Positions 19,455-26,931 of a DNA stretch of 64,000 nt are shown here, one piece after another (positions within the stretch are counted from its first letter, which is position 1; each line of letters starts with the position of its first letter). This stretch comes from an uncultured Verrucomicrobiota bacterium (GTDB lineage Bacteria; Verrucomicrobiota; Verrucomicrobiia; Limisphaerales; UBA9464), in contig CAILNN010000420.1 of the NCBI GenBank assembly GCA_903835555.1, positions 4,990 through 68,989 on the forward strand, in the 5' to 3' direction. The position numbers were made by a program, and so were the translations under genes. The notes under the pieces are model-generated. The model made no database searches. It was given only the letters and a program-made list of their open reading frames with translations, and had not been told where the DNA came from.

Positions 19455-19691
19455 TCAACCGCTGGTTTCCAGAATCTTCTTCAATGCCAGCAGTTCCTCA
19501 CGGCACTCTGGGCAGATGACGAGATGCTGTTCCACGCGGGCAAGTGCTTCGTTCAAAGGCAGGCCAACCAGCTGGCGCTCGGCAAATTCGGCGGCAAAAT
19601 TCTGACAGTCGGCACAGTTCAACTCTTGGTCGCGGGTCGCGTCGACGCTGTTGATTAGACCGACAAGCTGTTGTTTCGTGAGCGGTTTCAT
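19455..19691 (-). CDS. Putative zinc-finger anti-sigma factor
   Basis: 78 aa with Cys pairs (NCADC ... H..ICPEC) resembling the zf-HC2/ZAS layout. ATGA overlap with the sigma gene stop. Confidence 0.5.
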   Translation of the reverse strand: MKPLTKQQLVGLINSVDATRDQELNCADCQNFAAEFAERQLVGLPLNEALARVEQHLVICPECREELLALKKILETSG

Positions 19692-20347
19692 TCGGCAAAA
19701 GTGGTACGGATGGTTTCGAGCGAAATGCCCGCGTCCATCAAGTGCTGCTTGAGTGCGCGGCGTGCGTCGTGAACGAGTTTGTAGGCGGCGTTGCGGTTCG
19801 TGCCGAGCAACCCGACGATTTGATCAAACGGCAATCCCTCCAACGAACCGGCGATGGCCGCGCGCTGCTTATCAGACAGCTTCTCCGCGATGGCCTTCCG
19901 CAAAACGGCGACCAACCGTACCCGTTCCTGGTCATCGCCAAAAGTATCGTCGGCCATCGTTGCGGGCTCGTTCAATTCCCGTCCGTCGGCCAGCAGTGCG
20001 TCGAGCGACACATCGCGCCAGCGTTTGCGGCGCAATTCAGTGAAGGCCGTGTTGATGGCGATGGAATGCGCCCAGGTGGTGAATTTACTACGGCCTGAAA
20101 ACTGGTTGAGCCGCTCGAGAATTTTCAACAAAGCCTCCTGTGCGAAATCCTCCAGGTGCGCCTCGCTAACCTCATGACGGTCACGAAGCGAAATCCGGAG
20201 TCCATTGAGCAGAATGGCACGCAGTTCGCCCAAGACGGCGGCATTGTCCGCCGCCTGCAGCGCTTCCACCCAATTGATTTCACCGGCTACCATGCGGTGG
20301 AATTTAGCCAAAAGCGGGCGGACTGCCATCCAAAACCCGGCCCTCAT
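19688..20347 (-). CDS. ECF-type RNA polymerase sigma-70 family factor (start uncertain)
   Basis: Region 2 (EDFAQEALLKILERL..F....KFTTWAHSIAIN) and region 4 (LPFDQIVGLLGTNRNAAYKLVHDARRAL). The ATGs at 20347, 20329 and 20293 are all possible starts. Confidence 0.8.
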   Translation of the reverse strand: MRAGFWMAVRPLLAKFHRMVAGEINWVEALQAADNAAVLGELRAILLNGLRISLRDRHEVSEAHLEDFAQEALLKILERLNQFSGRSKFTTWAHSIAINTAFTELRRKRWRDVSLDALLADGRELNEPATMADDTFGDDQERVRLVAVLRKAIAEKLSDKQRAAIAGSLEGLPFDQIVGLLGTNRNAAYKLVHDARRALKQHLMDAGISLETIRTTFAE

Positions 20348-20360
20348 GGGCGAGCCGGAT

Positions 20361-21107
20361 TTACGCCTGTGCCATACCGCCATCGACCAGCAATTCCGTG
20401 CCCGTCACATAAGCGGCATCTGACGACGCGAGATACGTGACAGCTTTGGCGATTTCCCATGCTTCACCGAAACGCCCGAGCGGCACCTGCGCCAGGATTG
20501 CGCCGGCGAGTTCCTGCACCGCCGCCTCAGGCAAACCCATCTTGCCGAAAATTGGCGTGCTGATCGGGCCGGGGCTAACGACGTTCACTCGGATTTTTTT
20601 TGAGGCCAATTCGACGGCGAGCGTCTTTGCGAGATTGATGAGCGCGGCCTTTGTCATGGAATAAACGCTCGAACCGGGCATCCCGAAATGGGAGACGGTG
20701 GACGAGGTGAAAATGACCGATGCGCCTTCACTCAATAAAGGCAAGGCTTTTTGCGCGGAGAAGTACGCGCCCTTCATGTTGATTCCGACTTGTTCGAGGA
20801 AAAATTCCTCAGTGACCTCACCAATCGGTAGGAACTTGGCGATGCCCGCGTTGGCGAACAGCACATCTACGCGGCCATACTTTTCACGGATGATACGGAA
20901 GGCCGCATCGAGTTCCGCGACTTTCGCGACGTCGGCCACGAGGCCTAGCGTGTCGCCGCCGACTTCCTTTGCAGCTGCTGCGACGGCGTCCGGCTTGCGC
21001 CCAATGATGATGACGTGCGCACCCTGCGTCTTGAATTCGTGCGCCGTGGCGAGGCCGATGCCGCTGTTGCCTCCGGTGATGACGGTGATTTTATTTTCGA
21101 GTTTCAT
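20361..21107 (-). CDS. SDR-family oxidoreductase
   Basis: TGGNSGIG cofactor motif, NAG, and YSMTK catalytic Tyr-x3-Lys. Confidence 0.85.
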   Translation of the reverse strand: MKLENKITVITGGNSGIGLATAHEFKTQGAHVIIIGRKPDAVAAAAKEVGGDTLGLVADVAKVAELDAAFRIIREKYGRVDVLFANAGIAKFLPIGEVTEEFFLEQVGINMKGAYFSAQKALPLLSEGASVIFTSSTVSHFGMPGSSVYSMTKAALINLAKTLAVELASKKIRVNVVSPGPISTPIFGKMGLPEAAVQELAGAILAQVPLGRFGEAWEIAKAVTYLASSDAAYVTGTELLVDGGMAQA

Positions 21108-21151
21108 CTTTTGTTTTGGTTGTCCTGTTTTGATTTTAATTTGTATTTGAT

Positions 21152-22111
21152 TCAATTTGTTCCCTTAACGTTTGTGGTAAGAAATTCCAGGATATATTTC
21201 GCAATGAAGTCACCGTCTTCTTCGAGAGCGAAATGGCCGGTGTCGAGGAGATGAACCTCGGCTTTAGGCACGTCGTTGGAGAAGGCACTTGCGCCCGCAG
21301 GCAGGAAGAACGGGTCGTTCTTGCCCCAGACCGCGAGCACGGGCGGTTGATGTTTGCGGAGCGCGATGTGCCAGGAGTCGTATTGCTTCACGTTATTCTG
21401 GTAGTCGAAGAACAACGCAAGCTGGATATCCGCGTTCCCGGGTTTGTCGAGCGTGCTCTGGTCGTGCGTCCAAGCGTCGGGGCTGACATGTGCGGTATCG
21501 CGGACACCATTGGTGTATTGAAATTTAGTTGTGGCCGGCGTGAAAAAGCCGCGCAGCTTTGCTTCGTTCGCGGAGGTTTTATCCTTCCAATAAGGGACAA
21601 GATTTTCCGCCCAAAAAGGACTCAAGCCTTCGTTATACGCGTTGCCGTTTTGGGAGATGATGGCTTGAATCTTTTCGGGATGCTTCACGAACAAACGGAA
21701 TCCTACGGGCGAGCCGTAGTCCTGGATGTAGATGCTGAATTTCTCCAGTTTTAGCGAGCTCAACAAATCATCCGTGACTGCCGCGAGATGATCAAACGTG
21801 TAGGCGAAGTCCGTCACTGACGGCTGATCGGAATAGCCGAAGCCTGGATAATCCGGCGCGATGACGTGATATTTCTCCGCGAGCTTCGGAATCAAATTGC
21901 GAAACATGTGGGACGAGGACGGAAACCCGTGTAGCAGCACAATCGTCGGTCGCGATGAGTCGCCGGCCTCGCGATAAAACAGAGTGAGGCCATCTACTTT
22001 TGCGGTGTGATAGGTTATACGTGCCGTTTCATCCGCGAGCCCGGACTGCGTGTATGTGAGGCTGGCGACGGCAACGGCGAGTCCACTGAGGATTTTGACC
22101 TTCGATTTCAT
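21152..22111 (-). CDS. Secreted alpha/beta hydrolase (epoxide-hydrolase/haloalkane-dehalogenase-like)
   Basis: Signal peptide, HGFPSS oxyanion motif, QDYGSPVG nucleophile elbow (Asp nucleophile type) and C-terminal TGHFALEE. Confidence 0.75.
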   Translation of the reverse strand: MKSKVKILSGLAVAVASLTYTQSGLADETARITYHTAKVDGLTLFYREAGDSSRPTIVLLHGFPSSSHMFRNLIPKLAEKYHVIAPDYPGFGYSDQPSVTDFAYTFDHLAAVTDDLLSSLKLEKFSIYIQDYGSPVGFRLFVKHPEKIQAIISQNGNAYNEGLSPFWAENLVPYWKDKTSANEAKLRGFFTPATTKFQYTNGVRDTAHVSPDAWTHDQSTLDKPGNADIQLALFFDYQNNVKQYDSWHIALRKHQPPVLAVWGKNDPFFLPAGASAFSNDVPKAEVHLLDTGHFALEEDGDFIAKYILEFLTTNVKGTN

Positions 22112-22378
22112 TTTGATAAGGCGGTTGGATTTATCAGTCGCGCAGGCGGGATCGATTGGTTGGAAGTGGCTCATAGCCTTGTTTAGTTTAGTTGTCGTTT
22201 GCCGTTTTGTGATTGTCCCGATTTCCGGGCTTACTGGTTGGATGCGGCGACGGGAATGAATCTTACCTTCTCAAGAAGTGCCTCAAGGTGCCTTCGTTTC
22301 GGACATTCGAAGCCTCCGGGAATTGCTAACGAGAACAACCTTACCAGTGGCGCTCGGGGGCGGGCGATGGACAACCAA

Positions 22379-22465
22379 CGAGGCGGGCGCGGTCCAGACC
22401 GCCTCCGGCCAGGCGAAGTCTCGACCTGCCGATGTTGCTTTGATTCAATAGCTTACGTATGAATC
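22379..22465 (+). repeat. Dispersed ~88-nt intergenic repeat, family B, copy 2
   Basis: See the 1042-1129 feature. Overlaps the last 13 nt of the ackA ORF. Confidence 0.6.
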
Positions 22466-23673
22466 GTGCGAGTCGGTGGAACCGTTGCAATTTCGGAGAC
22501 ACGGATGTCGGCGGTACGTCGGACGGTGCGGGCGATCATTTGTTCTTCGTCGGCGGCAATCACGCGGACCGTGACGGCGCAGTCGGATTTGGAAATGGTA
22601 CCGGCGGAGAGCTTGTTCGTCTCAGGATTAAGTTCAATACCGAGGAATTTCAGGCCATCGCAGATTCTGGCCCTGATTCCCGGGGCGTTTTCTCCGATGC
22701 CGCCGGTGAAGACGAGGGTATCCAAACCGCCCAGAACGGCGGCGAATGCACCAATCCATTTTCGAGCCTGATAACAAAAGAGTTCGATGGCTTCGTGCGC
22801 ACGCACATCACTGGCTTCGATGCCCAATAACTCCCGCATGTCCGAACTGGTTCCCGATAGACCGAGAAGTCCAGATTCGTTATGAATCATTTTTTGGAAC
22901 TGAAGGGGAGTCTTGTTTTCCGTGCGGGCGAGTAGGCCGGGCAAGCCGGGGTCCAAATCGCCGGAGCGCGAGCCCATCACCAAACCAGATGCCGGGGTGA
23001 GGCCCATGCTGGTATCCAAGCTGTGACCATTGCGAACCGCCGCCAAGCTTGCTCCGCTGCCAAGGTGGGCGAGAATGATTTTCCCTGTCGCGGCTGCAGG
23101 GTGGTCGAGGCGAAGAAGTTCCTCCATGAGATAGGCATAGGAAATGCCATGGAATCCATGGCGTCGCACTCCGCTATCCCAATACCGGCGGGGAATGGCC
23201 AGTTGCCGGGCGACGATCGGCATCTCCGCGTGAAAGGCCGTGTCAAAGCAAACCAATTGCTTTAGAGCTGGATACCGAAGATGGATGGCTTCAATCAGGG
23301 CGATTTCGCCGGGGAGATGAGCCGGATCATCGACAGACGCAGCGCGGAGGTCATCAAGCAGCGAGGTTGTGACCCATGCAGGTTGCGTGTGTTTCGCTCC
23401 ATAAACCACCCGATGGCCAACGAATTGGAGTCCCTCAAAAGCTTTTTGTTCACCAAACCATTTCACCAAGGAGCGGGCGGCGACGGGCTCATTGGGAGCG
23501 TCGATTTCAAAGCTTAATCGCAGTTCACCATTGCCTTCTCGAACGGAGAGTGTCGGACGACTCAAGCCGATACGCTCAATCCGACCGGAAAGCCGTCGGA
23601 CCAGCGGAGTCCCCTCTCCGAAGATGGCGAACCGGATCGTTGAAGAGCCGCCATTGAGGACCAAAATGCTCAT
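22453..23673 (-). CDS. ackA: Acetate kinase
   Basis: ILVLNGGSSTIRF N-terminus, HRVVYG, GFHGISY, HLGSGAS and FTGGIGEN motifs. Confidence 0.9.
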   Translation of the reverse strand: MSILVLNGGSSTIRFAIFGEGTPLVRRLSGRIERIGLSRPTLSVREGNGELRLSFEIDAPNEPVAARSLVKWFGEQKAFEGLQFVGHRVVYGAKHTQPAWVTTSLLDDLRAASVDDPAHLPGEIALIEAIHLRYPALKQLVCFDTAFHAEMPIVARQLAIPRRYWDSGVRRHGFHGISYAYLMEELLRLDHPAAATGKIILAHLGSGASLAAVRNGHSLDTSMGLTPASGLVMGSRSGDLDPGLPGLLARTENKTPLQFQKMIHNESGLLGLSGTSSDMRELLGIEASDVRAHEAIELFCYQARKWIGAFAAVLGGLDTLVFTGGIGENAPGIRARICDGLKFLGIELNPETNKLSAGTISKSDCAVTVRVIAADEEQMIARTVRRTADIRVSEIATVPPTRTIHT

Positions 23674-25103
23674 ATTTCCAGAGTCTTTAAAAGACGGTTC
23701 TCATCGGCTCGCTCCTCGGTGGTCTCGACCCAAAGAAGCAAGCCTTTGACCACATCGCCGAATCCGGCCTGTCGATAACGTTCGTCGTGCAACTGGTCGG
23801 CAGCCCGCCTGAAATCCCGCTCCAATTCACGAGTGGCGGCTCCGCCGACGCGACTGCCGGGAGGAAGCTTCTCCCGAACATAAAGGCGCATCCGTTCAAT
23901 CTCCTCCGGCGGGTGAATCCGGAGCAACTCGGACTGAAATCGGTGGGCTTCAGATTTGGAATGAATGGCACCAAAGTTACCGGCCTGGGCGAGTATGCCA
24001 CCCAACTCCCAACGAAGCCCCTCCGCTGGCCGGACGATCGGTTCCTTGGGGAGCAAGGACGTGGGCGGACTATTTGACGACTCTGGTCGCAACGGCTCGG
24101 GAATAGCTTTCGACGGGTGAAGCGTAGCCCGTCCATTGGCTGCCGCGTGTTGAAGGAGTTTGGCCTGAGCCGCAGGGATATTGGCCGGATTCCCTTTCCA
24201 AGCGTTCATGACCGACTCTTGGAGAGCGCGTCCGAATGAAAAGCTGATGGTCCAGGGCAAATTCGGCAAGGCACAGATAGCGGCCAGTCGAAGGGTGGCC
24301 AATTCATCGGATTGTCCGCCGGACAAGAATAGAATGCCAGGTACCGCTGCGGGCACTGCCCGGAGGAGGCACTGCCGAGTGGCGTGGGAAACCTCGGAGA
24401 CCTCGTCCTTTCGGGGACAATCAGTACCGGAGATCACCATGTTGACCTTGAGCAACACGTGTTCCAGACGAACCCGCTGTGAAACCAAGGCTGAGAATAC
24501 GGTTTCCAGGACGCTCTGAGTTACTTCCGCGCAACGCGCTAGTGAATGTGCGCCATCCATAACGGTCTCAGGTTCCACAATGGGCACCAAACCAGTTTCC
24601 TGGCACAGAGCGGCGTAAAGGGCTAATGAGTGTGTATTGCAGCGAATCGCGTGCTCGGTTGGAAGTGTAGGACCGATATGAATAACTGCGCGCCATTTGG
24701 CAAATCGGGCACCGAAAGATCGGTATTCCGTAAGACGATCCCGCAAGCCATCCAACCCCTCGGTGATGGTCTCCCCCGCAAAATTGGTTAACCCGACGAC
24801 ACCCTTATCCACTTTGATTCCAGGAACCATTCCGTCCCGAGCGAGAGCGGTAGCAAATGGAACATCGCTGGAGTTTCGTTGGCGGATGGTTTCGTCGAAC
24901 AGGATCACGCCGCTAATCGAGTCGCCCATTTGGGGAGCCGAAAACAGCAATTCGCGGTATGCACGCCGACTTTCCGCCGTCGACGGTATGCCATGCGTCT
25001 CGAAACGCCTTCCCAAGGTGGGAAGACTTTCATCGGCTGCAAGAATCCCTTTACCAGGTGCCAGAAGGGAATGGATGGTCTCATGGAGTGAGGGGGGGGA
25101 CAT
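23670..25103 (-). CDS. Class I fructose-bisphosphate aldolase with a ~130-aa C-terminal extension
   Basis: GKGILAADES, FDETIRQ and the LLKVNMV Schiff-base lysine region. A Pro/Ser-rich linker and an unrecognised helical tail follow. ATGA overlap with ackA. Confidence 0.8.
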   Translation of the reverse strand: MSPPSLHETIHSLLAPGKGILAADESLPTLGRRFETHGIPSTAESRRAYRELLFSAPQMGDSISGVILFDETIRQRNSSDVPFATALARDGMVPGIKVDKGVVGLTNFAGETITEGLDGLRDRLTEYRSFGARFAKWRAVIHIGPTLPTEHAIRCNTHSLALYAALCQETGLVPIVEPETVMDGAHSLARCAEVTQSVLETVFSALVSQRVRLEHVLLKVNMVISGTDCPRKDEVSEVSHATRQCLLRAVPAAVPGILFLSGGQSDELATLRLAAICALPNLPWTISFSFGRALQESVMNAWKGNPANIPAAQAKLLQHAAANGRATLHPSKAIPEPLRPESSNSPPTSLLPKEPIVRPAEGLRWELGGILAQAGNFGAIHSKSEAHRFQSELLRIHPPEEIERMRLYVREKLPPGSRVGGAATRELERDFRRAADQLHDERYRQAGFGDVVKGLLLWVETTEERADENRLLKTLEI

Positions 25104-25251
25104 CAAAAAGATTGAAATTGAAAGTTGTCGGGGTGAATGCGGCCAAGGGCGGGTTTCGCCCCATCAGCTAGGAATGTTTTGCAACATTGAAACCAGGACT
25201 ATGGCGTGGAAGTGGTGTGGCCCCGTACTCGTTAAAACAACTGACTGCCGA

Positions 25252-25298
25252 GCAGACTAAAGGTCTGCGATACGGCAGACTAGAAAGTCTGCGCTACG
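25252..25298. repeat. Tandem GCAGAC/GTCTGC mini-hairpin array
   Basis: GCAGAC-TAAAG-GTCTGC-GATACG-GCAGAC-TAGAAA-GTCTGC-GCTACG. Three overlapping 6-bp hairpins are possible. Confidence 0.6.
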
Positions 25299-25695
25299 TC
25301 GAGTGGAGCCACCAATTTTCCATCCTCGCCATCTCTCATAGCGCGAAGCCAGGGGTCCTGCGTTTTTTATTTCGGCCCATAGGGGTGCCAAATTGATGCG
25401 ATCCGCCTATTTGGCGTGAAGCCAATTGGCATGGGGCAGGGTCTGGGTGTTCTTGACTGTCTTCATCTGGCGTTCGCCTCGGTCCTCCCGGAGGTCGCGG
25501 GAGGTTGAAAACGGCTTAGACGGCTTCATCGAGGGAACGATCACAATCGGGGGAGGAACTGCGCCCAGACCGTGTGGAGTGTGCTCAATTTTCAAGGCGC
25601 TCGTGAGAGCCTGGGTGGGTTTACGTTTAGATGGACCTGATTTTTTCATTTGAGAACGATTGGATTCCGTATAGAGATATCTGGGCCGATTTGGG

Positions 25696-26151
25696 TCAAA
25701 CGGCTTTCTTAGCAAAACTGGCGCGATCATCAGCTTCCAGCCAGTCAAAGGTGGAGTTTGTTTCGGGGTTGAGACCGAGGTGTCCGCAATTGTTGATGAA
25801 TTGCTCCCGCCGTTCCGGATTTTTCATGGGACTCGAAGCTTCAACCTGATCGGACCAGGCCTTAATCTCCGCCGGGGTCTTGGCAGTGCCGTGATTTTGC
25901 AACCAAATGCCTAAATCCTCGTAGGTTTTTGCTCCCTGAACAGCGGTTTGGAATTGAGCACCGTCGATTCCCTTGAAGGTGAACAGTTGGTTGTCCAGGG
26001 GACAGTTATAATGATATTCGCCCTGTGTACCGGCGAGGGTGGAACGGCATTTATCGGCGGCTCGATTGGCGATGGCAAAGCCTGCATTTCGGCTTCGGGG
26101 ACTGTGGGGGGCCTGTTTGGTCAGGTCGCGGGCAACAATAGTGGTATTCAT
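25696..26151 (-). CDS. DUF5069-like protein
   Basis: APHSPRSR..G.A...R..DKCR..LAG..GEYHYNCPLD matches my recollection of the DUF5069 family. Start set at the ATG that avoids overlap with dps. Confidence 0.6.
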   Translation of the reverse strand: MNTTIVARDLTKQAPHSPRSRNAGFAIANRAADKCRSTLAGTQGEYHYNCPLDNQLFTFKGIDGAQFQTAVQGAKTYEDLGIWLQNHGTAKTPAEIKAWSDQVEASSPMKNPERREQFINNCGHLGLNPETNSTFDWLEADDRASFAKKAV

Positions 26152-26201
26152 AACAAGAGCAGGAATTGAATCGACAGGAAAATTGTGGGGGTACGGGCAA
26201 A

Positions 26202-26732
26202 TTACTTGGTGGCCTGGGAATGGGCTTCCACAAACCAGAGCCATTTATCGATCCCGCGGGAAACCTCGGTGAAAATATCAGCGGTATCGGCGTCATTTAG
26301 TTCGGTGACCTCCAAAATGGTCTGGCGAGCGTCGTGACCGAAATCGGACAAAGCCTTGGAGACGGCCTCGACGTGGGCTGAGCCGTTGGCGATATCGAGG
26401 GGATACTCTTCAAGGCGGGAACGGGAGGCGGCTGTCCGTACCGTGCCTTCCGCGACGCCACCGAGTTGAACAATGCGTTCGGCGATAGTATCGACATAGG
26501 ACTCGACGCCTTCGGAGACCTTGTCAAAAAGCTCATGAAGGCCTATGAAATTGGGCCCTTTGACATTCCAATGCGCTTGTTTGAGCTGAAGCTGCAAATC
26601 CACACCGGAAGCGAGTCGTTGGTTCATCAGGTCCACTAACTCCTGACGACGATTGGCGGAGATATCGTTTTCCGTCTGATAGGTGATGGGCACTACGGGG
26701 ACGATGGGGCGTAGGGGAATGGTGGTGGTCAT
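26202..26732 (-). CDS. dps: Dps (DNA starvation/stationary-phase protection protein)
   Basis: LQLKQAHWNVKGPNFIGLHELFD ferroxidase-site region and a DTIAERI helix. Start set at the internal ATG (26732). Confidence 0.8.
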   Translation of the reverse strand: MTTTIPLRPIVPVVPITYQTENDISANRRQELVDLMNQRLASGVDLQLQLKQAHWNVKGPNFIGLHELFDKVSEGVESYVDTIAERIVQLGGVAEGTVRTAASRSRLEEYPLDIANGSAHVEAVSKALSDFGHDARQTILEVTELNDADTADIFTEVSRGIDKWLWFVEAHSQATK

Positions 26733-26782
26733 AGGCTGGGTAAGATTTTGTTCTGGCAGCATCGTGGAGGTCTGCCCAATTG

Positions 26783-26808
26783 CGCCATAGGGTGAACCCC
26801 TTATGGCG
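26783..26808 (-). promoter_or_regulatory. Palindrome carrying stress-motif copy, upstream of dps
   Basis: Minus strand reads CGCCATAAGGGGTTCACCCTATGGCG (10-bp stem with one bulge). It contains GGGGTTCACCCTATGG (26800-26785), 52 nt before the dps ATG. Confidence 0.4.
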
Positions 26809-26931
26809 TGACCGGTCGCTCCAAGGTCACTTTCCGGCTGTGAAAAATCGGACCGGTTGGACAAACCTCAAGAGGTGTAGTTGTCCCGCGCCAGCAAGGC
26901 GGGCGCATTGAATCTACGAGGCAAAACCAAG

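Noticed and set aside
25252-25298. Possible CRISPR-like repeat array.
   Set aside because: The units are only 6 nt, the spacers are 5-6 nt, and there are fewer than 50 nt in total. No cas genes are present. This is a hairpin cluster, not a CRISPR array.
25407-25748. 113-aa minus-strand ORF in the aldolase / DUF5069 gap.
   Set aside because: It is a basic, low-complexity sequence with no motif. It overlaps the end of the DUF5069 gene and lacks a convincing start. An ~80-aa product from the ATG at 25649 cannot be excluded, but it is unsupported.
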